DNA from: Geosiphon pyriformis uo1
Taxonomy: Eukaryota; Fungi; Glomeromycota
DNA length: 64,000 nucleotides
Reading direction: 5' to 3'
Assembly (NCBI GenBank): GCA_016748015.1
Contig: JAAOMT010000273.1
Span: 62,001 to 126,000 of the forward strand
The translations under genes were made by a program, and so were the position numbers. Each line of letters opens with the position of its first letter. Position 1 is the first letter of the stretch. The notes under the pieces are model-generated. The model ran no database searches. It saw nothing but the letters and a program-made list of their open reading frames with translations, and had not been told where the DNA came from. Below are positions 13,902 to 27,771 of the stretch, in pieces.

Positions 13902-14741
13902 TGTTATGAGATGGTTTTCTTGGTATATTTTAATTGTTAATCTCCCATTTTTAATTGCAATCAGTCTTTCGTGAATTCCTCTATTTTATGTGTTGGATAT
14001 TAATGATAATGTACTAAAGGTTTTCTCTTGATGTTGTGATGTAAGTTTTTTCTTTAATTCTAGTTGTCTTTGTATGTTGTGTACTCCTTCTCAGAGGCTA
14101 ATCTAAAATCTATCTGCTGTCTGAGATCTTCTCTGAGGCTACTCTTGTAATTGTTTAATGTGTTTCTCTAATCTAGAAACATGGAATGTTAATGGCTTTT
14201 TTGTGATTTCTCTAAGTTTATAATAAAGCTTTTTCAATTTAATTAGTAATCACGTGAATAATTTTGATCAGGAATTATTCTTCCAAAGGGTTCAAAGATG
14301 AAATGATAGTTTCATTCACTAGAGAGAGTATGTGAATTTTATTGTTAATCTTGTAATTGTAATGTTCATTCAATTTATTATTTTTATTAATTCTTTTTGA
14401 ATAAAATTTTATTTAGATATTTGTTGCTTCGAGTTAAAGCTTATTTGATTTTTTATCATTAAAACTATTGTATATATATATAATTATTGTTTTACAAAAT
14501 AACGTCTTGTAATACTCTATTTCTGTTATTTTTAAATAGTGCTTGCTGCTATTGTAAAATAGTACTTGCTGCTTTTGCACGATAGTACTTGCTGCTATTG
14601 TAAAATAGTGCTTGCTGTTATTGCACAATAGTACTTGCTGTTATTTGTAAATCATTTCTTTTTATAAATTGTTGCTGTGCTATTTCATGATTGGCTAATT
14701 TATATTATTTATAATTCCTATTAAATTCTTGAACTGTAACA
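13902..14741 (-). repeat. 3' LTR of D
   Basis: tgttatgag...ctgtaaca. Preceded on the minus strand by PPT gaaaggaggataa (14742-14754). 22-bp aatagtgcttgctgctattgta array at ~14535-14645. Confidence 0.93.
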
Positions 14742-14758
14742 TTATCCTCCTTTCAAGA

Positions 14759-15403
14759 TTAAGCTTCGTCGAAATCAAAGTTAATTTCTTCATTGATTTC
14801 TATATTACTATAATAATCTAATACTGTATTATTAATTTGTTGTTGTAAATTTTGAAATTGTAAATTGGTTAATTGTTCAATGCTATTAATTGTTATAAGA
14901 TTTATAGTTGGATTCAATAGTACTTTGTGACAGTTTTCAAAAGCCTTAAAAATTTTGTAAACAGCTTTTATATGAAGTATATTGTTGGTTTTTCTAATAA
15001 AACTTTTCAATTGTTGTATTATTGTTTTGCTGAATACTTTGACTGAATTTTTTAAGTATAATGTTTGTATGTTTAATTGTTTTCCCAATTGGTAATAACA
15101 ATAATTAATAGAAAATTTTTTTTTCAGCTGTCTAAATATACTTGGTGTTAATTTTACTATGTTCATTTTTTTTGTTATCAATGTATTGTTCAATGCTATT
15201 CCTAACTTTTTAATGGTTTTGTTGATAAAGCTGTTACTGTTTTTGGCAATAATAGTATATGGTGCAAAACTAAGTTTCTCATTTATCATAGAATTTGGTA
15301 TCTCGGAACTATTGATTGTAATTTCCAAATCTGAATTTAATTGTTGTAAGTTTTGACATAATTGTTGGGTTAACTTACTAATGTTTTCTGGAATATATGT
15401 CAT
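14759..15403 (-). CDS. ORF3 of D: uncharacterised 214-aa protein between integrase and PPT, frame intact
   Basis: Open from ATG to stop. Aligns by eye with ORF3 of A, F, B and H. Confidence 0.75.
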   Translation of the reverse strand: MTYIPENISKLTQQLCQNLQQLNSDLEITINSSEIPNSMINEKLSFAPYTIIAKNSNSFINKTIKKLGIALNNTLITKKMNIVKLTPSIFRQLKKKFSINYCYYQLGKQLNIQTLYLKNSVKVFSKTIIQQLKSFIRKTNNILHIKAVYKIFKAFENCHKVLLNPTINLITINSIEQLTNLQFQNLQQQINNTVLDYYSNIEINEEINFDFDEA

Positions 15404-15488
15404 TGTTTTAATTCCTGACTGCTTTTTGGGCTCTTTTGCATGTATTTTTATGCTTTGTTAACTGTTTCTTGGTGTAATTTAAGATTAA

Positions 15489-16868
15489 TTATCTTTTTAT
15501 ATAATGTTCAATTAAAACTACTGGTTCTAAATTTTGTGGAATCTGATCTGGTGATACTAGTGGTATTTGTGTTCCAATTCTAAGTGTTTGTATTGTTATT
15601 ACTGGTTTGTTGTAATATAATTTCAGCCGGTTGCCATGTGCTGCTTTTCTTAAAATTTTCTTATCTAGTCTTAACTTGTATGCTCCATTACTAAGTATTT
15701 CATAAATATAGAATGGTCCATCCCACTTGTGGTTAAACTTTCCACTCCATTGCTTTTCTGCTTTGATATGATGCAATAATACTTTGTCTCCTATTTTATA
15801 GCTAATTATATTATCTGGTAACTGGTTATCATGTCTCACTTTTTGTTGTGCTTGTGACTATTCAATATTTTGAGCTGCTTTTCTTCTTTTGTTCTCCAAA
15901 ATTTCCATTAACTCATATGTTCTTCTAAGTATTGTTTTGTAGAATGTTGTTTTTATAATAATTTCATTTGGATAAGTTGGAATAGTAAGTTCAATTAGTA
16001 ATATGGCTTTTCTTTCATAAACCAATTCAAATGGTGTGAATTGTATAGTATTTTGTTTTAATGTCCTATATGCTAATAAAACTGCTGATATAAACAAATT
16101 CTATTCTTTTTTATGTTCATTGCTAATTTTGGCTAATGCTTCACATAGTGTATGGTTAAATCATTCAACTAATTCATTTGTTTGGGAGTGGTATGATAAT
16201 GATAGTAGTTATTTAATTCCAAATTTTTGGCTGAGCTCATTTAGTGTACTGTTTACAAAATATGTCCCTTGGTCTGACAACAATTCTTGTGAATATCCAT
16301 GGTGGCAAATTAAATCTTCATGTACAAAGTAGGCTATGGATATAGCATCAGCTGTTTGAATGGCTCTGGTTTCTGGCCATTTAATGAGATAATCTATTAC
16401 TACTGCAATATAATGATTGTTTCTTGCTGTTATTAATAATGGTCCAACTAAATTAATTTCAATTTTATCAAATAGTTGTTCAACTTTTATGGGTCTTAGT
16501 GGTTCTGTTGTTTTTGTTCCTCCTCTTCATTGGCATGAGTCACAATTTTTTATGTATTGGATAATATTTGAGTGCATTTTTGGCCAATAACAATGACTAG
16601 TTGTACATTGAATAGTTGTTTCTTTTCCAAAGTGGCCTGAATGGATATCTAAATGCATGTTAAATAAGATAGTTTTTTTTTTATTTTCGGTTATAACTCT
16701 CAATAGATTATCTGGATTTTGTTGATTCTGGTAATAAAGTATGTAGTTTTGAATAAAATAATGTTTTGATAATTTCTGAAACTTAATTAGTTCTTTTATT
16801 GGTGTGTTTTCATCTAGCTGTAGTGTTCTCAAGTATTGGTTAAGATTTTTGTAAAGGTAATTGTCTAT
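15489..16868 (-). pseudogene. D integrase (separate ORF)
   Basis: HHCC zinc motif (HLDIHSGHFG...CDSCQ), core SDQGTYF and WDGPF C-terminal module. Start codon decayed to ATA at 16868. Confidence 0.9.
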
Positions 16869-16899
16869 TGTTTATGAATTGGTTGTTGTTTGATGGTTT

Positions 16900-19800
16900 T
16901 TATGTGTGTTTTATTCGTGACAAACAGTCAGCATTGGCATTTTTGGTACCTTCTTTGTATTTGATAATATAATTGTATGGTGCTAATATTTGTGACCATC
17001 TGGCATATTTTTCTTTCAGTGCTTTTTTGTTATTTAACCAGACCAGACCTCTATGATTTGTGGTAATATCAAAGAGTTTGTACCGTAAATATGTGTCAAA
17101 GTAAATACAACTCCAGACTACTGCTAAGCATTCCAGTTTGTGTGCTGTGTAGTTTTGCTCTACCATACTGAAACTTCTACTAGCATAAGCAATTACACAT
17201 TCTCTTCCATTATCATTTTTTTGTGAAAGAATGGCTCCAAGTCCCATTCTAAAGGCATCTGTGGCCAAAATGAATTTCTTATTGAAATCCAGATAGATTA
17301 TTATTGGTGATTTAATAAGCTTTTGCTTAAGGTACTTAAAAGTTTTTTGCCGTGTTTTGGTCCATTCAAATTTTACATTTTTGAATAGTAGATAATTAAG
17401 AGGTTTGGCAATGTTTGAAAAGTTTTCTACAAAGTGGCAGTAGTAAGATACAAGTTCTAAAAAGCTTCTAACTTCTAAAACATTTTGAGGTACTAAAAAA
17501 TTTTTTACTTTGTCTATTTTTGATGGATCTGGTTTTATTCCATCTTTTCTAACTACATGTCCTAAAAATGCTAGCTCATTTTTTTCAAAGAAACATTTTT
17601 CTAAATTTAATTTAAGTTCAGTATGTCTTAATCTCTCAAAAACTTGTTGTAAATATTGGAGATGATCTGTGAATTTTGGCAAGAAAACATTTGTATCGTC
17701 CAAGTAAACAACAATGGATTGTCACAGAATTCCAGAGTAAATTACATCTATTAGTCTTTGGAATGTCACAGGAACATTGGTGAGTCCAAAAGACATTATA
17801 TTGAATTCATAATTGCTGTTTTGTGTGGTAAATACTGTTTTGTGTCTGTCTTTTGAGTCCATTTCAACCTGCCAGTATCCACTGGTCAAGTTAAGTGTAG
17901 AAAACCATTTTGCTCCTCCAAAAACATCAAAAATTTTGTCAATTAATGGTATTGGGTATGAATCTTTAGTTGTTTTGCTGTTTAGTTTGCAATAGTCAAC
18001 ACAAAATCTAATTTTTCCATTCTTTTTCCTTACTAAAACAACTGGTGAAGACCATGAGCTCATTGATGGTTAAATTATTCTTTTTTCCAACATGCTTTGG
18101 ACTTTTTTTCTGATAAAATTATGCTCTCTTGGTGGAACATGATAAGCGTGTTGTTTTTCAGGTCTGGTATCCTCAGTAGAAATTTGGTGTTGAACCAAAT
18201 TGGTTCTTCTAAATTCACTATTTCATGAAAATATATCAGAGTATTTTAAAATTAATGCTTTTAATTGTCACTGTTGGTCTAGATCCATTGTTTTAATGTT
18301 TAATTTAGTCAATTTTTCTGGCGTAAATTGATAGCATTCCAATGGTTGTTGCCAATTTATTGAAGTGAATTCACAGTAAAGGGTAATTTCTGGGAAATTT
18401 AGAATTTCTTGTGGTGTTGACGTGTTTTCTAGTTCTGTTCCAAGATATCCTATGATGGTGTTTTCTGGAATGTATATGAGCTCTTCTGTGGTATTCATGA
18501 TAGGAATTTTTATCCATTGTGTTTTGTTAGCTGAAATAAAAAAGTTAGTAAGTCCTATGGAAAACTGTTGACAAGTTTCTGAATAGGGCTTGAATATTAG
18601 ATTTATATCTTTTATTGTCTTTTTTATTTTAATTTCTGATTTTCCATAAGGTGTAAGCATCATTGACCACTCAGTTTTAATTAATTTGCCTTTTTCTTCT
18701 ATTGTTTCAGCAAAATTTGCTTCTATTTCTTTTTCTATCAATCCGAAACCAAAAGTTTCTCTTATTGTTTGTATCAATTCCTCACGATTTTTTACTGGCA
18801 TGAATTTTCCAATTTTTACTAATGGTAGAAAAATTGCTTGTGCAATTTTCTCCTTAGATTCAATGGTATAAGATTTTTCTGAATTGTTCTGTAGCAAAAC
18901 CATCAAATTTCCAGTGTATTTGGAGTCAATTACTCCTCTTTGAACACTTATTCCTTTTTTTACGAGGCTTAATTGCGATGCTATTTGAACCATTATTCCT
19001 GGCAGAATTTCAACTGCTATTTTCAGGTCAATTTTGGTGATGCTCCTGGATGGTAACATTGTGGATTAGTCTTCTGGATAATGTAGATCGAATCCTGTGT
19101 CAGTTGGATAGACTCTTTCAGGTATTATTCCTAAGTGCCTATTGTCATAGTATTGGATATTGATCACCTGTTCTAGGTTGGTATAAGCTACAAATTTTTT
19201 TGACTCGGGACCATCAGGTAAGTCTTGTTGATTTATTGATTGATTTTGAGACTGCTGATTCTCAATTTCTATTTTTCTTTCTAAGTTCCTTTTGTCTTAA
19301 CACTCTTCACAGCATTGATTTTGGCATGGGATAAGACAGTTTTTGCAAAGATAAGTGTTGATTTGGGCGAGGTATTGTTCTTGCTCTTGTCAAGTGAGAC
19401 ATAGTTGTTAGTAGTAGTTCTGGAATTTGTTCATTGGGTCAAACATGTTGTAGTTGATGACTTTGTCAGCTACTTTGGCTGACTCTTTCCAACATCATAT
19501 TTCTTCGGCAGTTTTTCCTTTTACTTTGGCCTGTGCAGTGTTGTACAACTTATCCTCATCATGTGGGTAGTGCTACAGTCTTCTTACTGCTCTGTTGAAC
19601 ACTGCTTTGAATGGCATTCCTCCTCTTATCCAGTCACAGATGAGGATTGTGTATTGGCAAGTTGTGTCACACGTCCCTTTTTTGTCTGGCATATCAATCC
19701 AGTCACACCTTTTTGGCAACAGTTTTCCACAAGTGAGACATGGTTCTTCATTCCATTTTCCGTGTCTTTTTGAGTAACCATATTTTTTTTTGTTACAACA

Positions 19801-22470
19801 GTTACAATAGTAGTGGGTAGAGTTTCTTGGGTCTTTGTCTGGTGCACTGCATGCAGTCATGGACAAGAGTTTCTTATTGCAAACCAAGCATTCTAGCTTT
19901 GGTCTGCGTTGCTGGCGGTTTCTTTGTGGACTTACCTGGTTCCATTCAGATTTTTTTTCACTCCTCCAAGTTGGTATGGCCAGTAGTCCTGTTCTTTGGT
20001 TATCAGCTCATGAAAGCTGATAAGTTTTGATGGCTGGTAGGACTGGATTTTTTTCGAATTTGAAGATAGGTCTTTGGTTGGTGCTGGGTTTTTGGAAGTG
20101 GTCACATGTGGCTGGAATTCTGGCATAGTGGCCATTATAGCTGATAAGAAGCTCTTGGGTGGTCTAATCTAATGTGGCATTGGCTTTTGTTAGTAAATCA
20201 TTCCCTACTAATGCTTGATATTGTGTAGCATCTATTACTAATACTTTTGTAGGTATTATTATGCCATTAATTTCAAAAGAGAATGTGTTAATTTTGCCAT
20301 GAAGCAGCTTGGTACTTCTATCGGCTGTTATAATTTGGAACATCATGACACGATTAACTTTGAAACCCAGTTGGTTTACTAGTTGAAGCATCACAATGTT
20401 TTCAGCAGATCCACTGTCTAAGATGAGTTTAATTGGTGTGTTGTTTACTTTTGCTTCCGTGTACATAGCAGTGATTGGGTGTTTCTTATTCAATGCTGTT
20501 CCACTAAACATAGCCTCTTTTTTCTCTAATTCAAAAGGAAAAATAGCTGTGAGGCTGTTATCTTCTGTGACAATGGCTGGTGGTATTGTTTGGATCAAGT
20601 TCTGGCTATTTGTGATATTTTTGGTTCTAAGTATGTTACTATTAATATTTCTGAGATTTAAGTTTTTTGATATATTAAGATAAGTTGGCTGGAAATTTGG
20701 GTAGTTTGCATTTGTTTGCTGATTAGGTCCTATGTGATTAGAATTTCTAGTAATAATTACATTTTGACCTAATATTGGCTGGCTTTGAAACTCTGGATGC
20801 CAGTTTGGATTTGGAATTGCTGGTTGTTGCTGGTAAGTTCCTTGATTTTGGTATATAGTAGGGTATTGATGTGGTATTGGCGTGTATTAATTTCTAAGCA
20901 TTTGGGGGGCACATAATAATTATTTTCACATGCTTCTTACATCATTTGTGTTCAACATTGGCCAATCAAATGTCCTACACATTTGCAAAAATAACAGGCA
21001 TGTGTTTCTGTTCTAAAGTCCTAACACAGTAAGTGATTATTTTGGCTACTACTAAATTTCTGGTTGCGTTTTTGAGGTGTTTGGTATGTGTTATTTCTTC
21101 CTGGGTCTGAGATGAGATAACTTTCTATTTTTTTAAAGAGTTTATCTCCTAATTATGCTACTTTCTTCTTTAAAGTTTCTGTCTTGTTTTCCTCAATCAC
21201 CATGTTAACCATTTAACTATGGTTAGCTTTTTTCTCAGTCGATTCAAGGGCTCTGGCAAGCATAATGGCTTTTGGTAAGAAATTAGGATGGGCAGGACGT
21301 ACTTTTTCTAAAATATTGCTTTTTAATCCTCTAATAAATTGATTTAAAATCTGAGAATTGGTATAGTATTCTTGCTCAATCACTTCAATCTGATGGTGAA
21401 TTCAATTGAATCAAGCAAGGTATTGGGTGACAGTTTCATCTGTACTTTGCTTGATAGTATTAAATTTGTTCTGCAGTTGGATTACAACATTTGAGTCACT
21501 AAAATACTCCAAGAATGCATCTTTGAATTTGGCAAAGCTCATGGGTTTTGTTTCCAAACTTTGATACCATGAGTCAGCAGTGCCTTTCAGGAAGAAAGGT
21601 AATGTTTGGATTGCTTTTTGATTATTCCAATTATTTGCCTGGATGGCTTTTTGTGCTTCTCTAAGCCATGTGTGCACATCCGTTTCTTCTTCTTCTCCTG
21701 AGAAATCCGTTAATCATGCAATATATGATGTGGTCATTTTATTGTTGTTTCCTGTTGGTGGGTTTATTGGTCTAAAAGGAGGTGGAATGATATTTTCTTG
21801 AGCACTCCTAAAGGTGGCTTCTCTTATATTTGGTTCTTCCTCTTAATCATGAGTTTCTTGGTTTCTGAACTGGCTGCTTGTTCTCATGACTGGTCTTGTG
21901 CTTGTTTTTTCACTGGTTTCTTCAGATTCTGATTCAGACTCTTCTTCACAGTTTTCAAACTCTGCTCCAAATTTTGGTTGAAAAAGGAGTTTTTAGAATA
22001 ATAATGAATATCCTCCTATTATTGGTATATTTCCCCAATTACGTTGTTTAAGTTTATCAGTATAATTAGGAATTCTCAGTATTTGTGGGATTAATATAGA
22101 TGATGATGCAGCTTCTAATGGGAGTTGAATTTTATTATCTAAGAAAAAATGGTAAGATCTTTTTTCTGGTGTTCTTTGTAGATATTGGGTAATTTTCGTT
22201 GGCATATTGCTCAATTTTGCAATGAATTTGAACAATAATTGTGGCTAATGCTGTTGTTTCTTTTGTAGTAAATTGAGATAATTTCCTATATAATTGATGT
22301 TTTGCATCATTTGGTTCTTCTTCCCTTCCTATGTGATAATTTATCCTGGTGTTAATGTAATAGGTGAGGGCATTTTCAGCTGGACAACACTCTTCTGGTA
22401 ATCCAAAATCACTTTAATGTTGTAAATAAAGGGCACAGCAGAATTCAACAACAGTGAGATTAGGCATTTT
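16900..22470 (-). pseudogene. D polyprotein gag-protease-Cys-rich domain-dUTPase-RT-RNase H
   Basis: ILDSGS (ORF 20164-20598); GVIDSKYTG and KIAQ (18268-19059); RFCVDY, GYWQV and YLDD (17690-18063); RNase H ATDA...NADCLSR (16900-17270). Confidence 0.93.
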
Positions 22471-22542
22471 TGTTGCCACTTTGGTTTTTCTTCTTTTTAG
22501 CAATGAATTATTGCTAATTATTAGTTTTTTTTAATTTTTTTT

Positions 22543-22559
22543 CCTCGTAGGGTTCACCA
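22543..22559 (-). other. Primer binding site of D (tRNA-Trp-like)
   Basis: TGGTGAACCCTACGAGG, 2 nt from the LTR. Its complement CCUCGUAGGGUUCACCA resembles eukaryotic tRNA-Trp 3' ends; the assignment is inferred. Confidence 0.7.
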
Positions 22560-22561
22560 AA

Positions 22562-23378
22562 TATTACGGAATGGTTTTCTTGGTATATTTTAATTGTTGA
22601 TCTCCCATTTTTAATTGCAATCAGTCTCTCATGAGTTCCTTTACTTTATGTGTTGGATATTAATAATAATATACTGAAGGTTTTCTCTTGATGTTGTAAT
22701 GTAAGTCTTCTCTTTAATTCTAATTGTCTTTATATGTTGTGTACTCCTTCCCAGAGGCTAATCTGAAATCTACCCACTGTCTGGGGTCTTCTTTGAAGCT
22801 ATCATTGCAATTGTCTGATGTGTTTCTCTAATCTAGAAACATAGAATGTTAATGGCCTTTTCGCAATTTCTCTAAGTATATAATAAAGCTTTTTCAATTT
22901 AATTAGTAATCACGTGAATAATCTTGATCAGGAATTATTCTTCCAAAGAGTTCAAAAATGGAATGATAGTTTTATTTGCTAAAAAGGGTATGTAAATTTT
23001 ATTGTTAATCTTGTAATTGTGATGTTCATTCAATTTATTATTTTTATTAATTCTTTTTGAATAAAATTTTATTTAGATATTTGTTGCTTCGAGTTGAAGC
23101 TTGTTCGATTTTTCATCATTAAAATTATTGTATATATATATAATTATTGTTTTACAAAATAATGTTTTGTAATACTCTATTTCCATTATTTCTAAATAGT
23201 GCTTGCTGCTATTGTGAAATAGTGCTTGCTGCTTTTACATGATAGTGCTTGCTGTTATTATAAAATAATGCTTGCTGTTATTTGTAAATCATTTCTTTTT
23301 ATAAATTATTGCTGTGCTATTTTATGATTGGCTAATTTATATTATTTATAATTCCTATTAAATTCTTGAACTGTAACA
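22562..23378 (-). repeat. 5' LTR of D
   Basis: Near-identical to 13902-14741, with one fewer 22-bp repeat unit. Confidence 0.93.
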
Positions 23379-24960
23379 ATGAAATTACTGAATTGTTTCA
23401 AATTAGAATCCAATTCAGATGATCTGTTTATTACTAGATTAAAAGCTTGGGTGTAATTAGCTTCAAGTTCAACAGATTCAAAATCTTTGGCATAGATAAC
23501 TACTGCTTAAAGATTGATCAGATGTAATAAGTGTATGTATTAGAAAATACTACTGTATAAGCCATGAATAAACTGGTTTAAGATTTGTGGTTTTGTAAAA
23601 TAGTTAGCATCAATTGCTTAGATCTGGCACAGATTTTTGTAAAAATGTCCTAGGTAGATAGTAATTGCTTCAGTTTCTCTTTGCTTAATAGTGGTGAAGA
23701 TATTGGCTAAATGATTAATACTATTATTGTTGTTAAAATATTGTAGAAACTCAAGCTTAAATGTATTAAAATCTTGTAGTTTGTTGATCAAGCTTTAATA
23801 CCATGAGTTGGTGGTATTCTGAAGAAAGTATGAGATGGCTTGGAGTGCTTTGGCATCATTCTATCCATTGACTGTAATGGCTTTTTCAATATTATTTAGC
23901 CACACCTGGGTGTCATCCTCTTTGCCAGTAAATTTTTTGATTTTCACAATTGGTGCATATGCTATTAGAGCTACGAGTAGCAGTTGTTGTGGTTGTTGTG
24001 GTTGTTGAAGTGGCAGTTGTAATTGTTACTGAGGTGGTATTTGTAGCTGTTGAATTGGTTTAGCAACCAGTTCAATCAGTAGCTGATTGATGATTATCAA
24101 AGATAAGTTTTGTTAATTATTAATGTTGAGATTTGGAATGTTCTGATTTTGTGAAGTTTGAATATTCAAGATCTCAATTTCTAGTTTTTCTGAGTTTGAA
24201 CATTTGTGGTTTCAACTTTTGGGTTTTCTAAAATCAGATTTCTCTTATTATTTTCTTAATTCCTATCCTTTTCATCTTCAAAGTTGGTTATTTTCCAAAG
24301 ACTAATAGTTCTAAAATCTGGTTGTGATGGTGGTAATCAAGTTCCTAATAACATTGGAGATTGCAATTTAAATCCTTCAAAGTAATTACTGTATGTTCCC
24401 AATAACTCTGCTTTTTTCTGTTTATTTTGGAATGGGATTCTGTTTAATAATATTGTTGTGTTTGTGGTGGACACATCTGTTGATGTTATATTGATAATAC
24501 TTTCGAGTGTATAATGATATGACAGATTAGTAGGTGAGTTGACTTTCTGTTTCTTCCAAGTAAATAATTGTATTTGTTTTGGAGTTCATGCTGGTGTTTG
24601 CAATTTTTCTTTTTCTTTGTTGGCAAAGGTGATAAAGAATCTTTATTAAGTGTATTTTTCTATTTATTTTTATAATTAATAGTGCAAATAAATAATTCTG
24701 TAGTAGTGTGGTGCTTTAGAGTAGTTCACTAAAAAAATTGTTGAAGACAAATTCTGGATCTTTTTGGTCTTCCAAATGATATATTATTTTTTTGTTGACA
24801 TAGCAATTAAAAGCTGATTCTGTTGACCAACTATTATTTGTTAATTTGAGATGGATGTGATAATATTGAAATAAAAATTTTGCAAATCCCAAATGATTTG
24901 TTCTTGTTTTTTTATATTCTGCTACTGTTTCAGATGGGTACTGTTAGTGTCAGTTCTCTG
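23379..24960 (-). pseudogene. G gag N-terminal part
   Basis: IAYAPIVKIKKFTGKEDDTQVWLN capsid-like start at ~23960. Homologous to C gag at 50150-50700. Confidence 0.85.
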
Positions 24961-24974
24961 TTGGATTATACTTT

Positions 24975-24987
24975 ACAGAGAGCACCA
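24975..24987 (-). other. Primer binding site of G
   Basis: TGGTGCTCTCTGT, 2 nt downstream of the LTR end at 24990. Confidence 0.8.
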
Positions 24988-24989
24988 AA

Positions 24990-25843
24990 TGTTACAGATG
25001 ATTATTTGGGATCTTAAATCAAATAACAAATCCGTAACTTGGTACTACTTCACTTAATAATATTGGTAATGTTTGTAGATTGGTTGTATTTAAAGATTTT
25101 GGTTGAGTTCTTTGTATAATGGACAAAAATTTAATTGTTGTTTCAGTAGTCTTCCAGAATCGCAATTCTGTTGAATTTTTTTTCAGCATGATAGTCAATA
25201 ATCCTCCTGGTAAGCTATTCTCAAATCTATGAATTCTCTACCCTTGTTTCATGGGTTTTTTACCAATTCCTATGACATCTGTAACTTAGTGCTTAATTAT
25301 TAATCAATTAATCAACAACAAAAAATAACAAAAGAAAAGACAAGAAGAGAAAAATAAAAAAAAATAAAAAAATAAAAAAATAAGTCAAGACAATAAGTGT
25401 TAGTATTCCATCAATAGCTGTGATCAAGAGTTATTGTTACAGTGTGTTTAAGTATTGACAGCTATTAACATAAAATGTTGATAATAAAAGGTGAATTGAG
25501 ATAGCAAATAATTATTTATTAATATTTGTAAATTAGAAGGTTGCTTAGATTAAATCTAAACTAAGAGGTCTTTCTCTTTTCTATTTTTAATGCTACTGCT
25601 ATATATACATAATCGAAATTTCTCAATTTTTCACACCAAGAATCCTGGAATTTCTGGAATTCTGAAATTCCTTTAAGAAGAATCCTGGAATTCTGGAATC
25701 CTACAATTCTTTATACAAGAATCCTGAAATTTCTGAAATCCTGCAATTCCTTTAAAAAGAATCCTGGAATTCTACATTTACTATGTTTATTTTTAACTGG
25801 CTAATTTATATACTAATATACTTCTTATATTTTATGAATAACA
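24990..25843 (-). repeat. 5' LTR of G (family C)
   Basis: tgttacagatg...gaataaca. gaatcctggaattc tandem array at ~25610-25775. Confidence 0.92.
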
Positions 25844-27771
25844 CCAAAAAAAGATATTTTGGTTTTCCAACCAAAATCTTTAACAAAAATCAATCTCAAA
25901 ATTGCTCTCAAAATTCTACCAGAAGCAATAGTTTAAATTGCTTCTCAATTATCCCTAGCCAGCAAAGGAATCAATATTAGAGAAGGAGTTATAGATGCAG
26001 GATACATTAGAGATATTACTATCATGTTATAAAATAAAACAGACAAATCATTCAAGATTGAACATACTAAAAAGATTGCTCAAGCAATTTATCTACTCTT
26101 AATTAATATTTTGGGTTTACAATCAGTTAACAACAGAGAACAATTAAAAAAAAGTGAAAGAAAAACTTAAGGTTTTGGTTCAACTGGACAATTTACAGTT
26201 TCAGTAAACATAGCTCTCAATGCATAGAATAAATTTTACCAAATTCTTCAACTTTTCTAACCAATTACTATTTCACCTTTTAAAAAACATCATAAAATTT
26301 ACACTTGCTTAAAACTCACTATTATCCAACAAATCTTTGAATCTAATAAACAAATCTGTTTAAAACATAAAATTTCAATTTTAAATATTTATATTCCCAA
26401 AGGAATAAAGAAATTTTAAGTTATATTTTACAATTCCAATAACTACTCTATTGTTCTATTAAATAAATTAGAAATTAAAATTATACATAGCAATATTTTT
26501 TAAGATAAAACTCCTCAAATTGTTTCTAATTTTATCAAAATTATAAGACATACTCTATTCTCAAATTCAAACATCACTTTTACTACTGAAAACTACTATC
26601 TTGTGAAAAAAAAACTCTCTCAAATCAATATGAATCTCTTAGAACCCTAACAGCAAAGACAATTAAAACAGCTGATAACTGAATTCACTAATATATTTGC
26701 AAAAAACAACAATGACCTTGGAAAAACTAATATCATTTAACATCAGATCCACACAAAAGATGCTTTACCAAAATGACAACAAGCTTATCAAGTACTATCT
26801 GCCAGCCACCAATTTATTAGAAAAAAAGTCTAAAAAATGCTTAATAATAGATTAATTCAACTATTAAAAAGTCTTTGGGCCTTACCAATAGTTTTGATTA
26901 AAAAAAAAAACGGAAAAATCAGATTTTGCATTAATTACTGCCAATTAAAAAGTGTAACAATTGGAGATGTCTACTTACTTCCAAGAATTGATAACATGCT
27001 AGATGCTCTAGGAAAAGCCAAGTTTTTCTCAACTTTAGACTTGGAAAGTAAATACTGACAAGTTGAAATGGATCTAAAAGATTGCTCTAAAACAGCATTT
27101 ACTACTCAAAAAAGAAACTATAAATTCAATGTTATGTCTTTTGGACTTTGCAATATACCAGCAACATTCCAGTAACTCATGGATGTTGTTTATGAAGGGC
27201 TCTTATGGCAATTAGTAGTTGTCTATTTGAATGACACTAATGTGTACTTATCAAGCTTTAAAGCTTATTTTATCTATCTATAAGAAGTTTTTTAATGATT
27301 ACAGAAAGCAAAATTAAAATTGAACATTAAAAAATGTCACTTTGGAAAAACAAGTTTAATCTTTCTTGAACACATTGTTAGTAAAGATAGAGTCAAACCA
27401 AATCCTGAAACAATCAGTGCTGTCAAAAACTTTCAAACTCCAAAAAATACCACAAAGCTATGAGAATTTGTAGAATTAGTCTTCTACTATCAAAAATTCA
27501 TAAAAGGATTCTCAGAAATTGCCAAATCACTCAATTATCTCACCAACAAAAAGGTGCCATATTAATGAACTGAAAAACAACAAAAAGTCTTTGGAACTCT
27601 TAAAACAAAATTAACAACAGTCCTAGTTCTTGCTTACCCAAACTTTAACAAACAGTTCCAACTAGTCACTAATGTTTTACACATAGCATTTGGTGCTATT
27701 CTATTACAATCAGATGAAAATAGCCAGAAGCAAGTTATTGTCTATGTTAATAAAATACTCAAACCAACAGA
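25844..27771 (+). pseudogene. F polyprotein part 2: dUTPase remainder, RT and partial RNase H
   Basis: GVIDAGY at ~25985, GFGSTG at 26171, RFCINY at 26921 and VYLND at 27221. Confidence 0.9.

Larger units (their letters stand above)
13902..23378 (-). mobile_element. Full-length Gypsy element D inserted in G gag
   Basis: LTRs 13902-14741 and 22562-23378. TSD atag/atga, both derivable from atgg. PBS and PPT present. Confidence 0.93.
9917..25843 (-). mobile_element. Rearranged Gypsy element G (family C) bounded by inverted LTRs, inserted in the F dUTPase; hosts D
   Basis: Plus-oriented LTR at 9917-10730 and minus-oriented LTR at 24990-25843. TSD ttag/ccaa, both derivable from ccag. Removing it rejoins the F dUTPase (YP|xKDILV). 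Confidence 0.85.
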
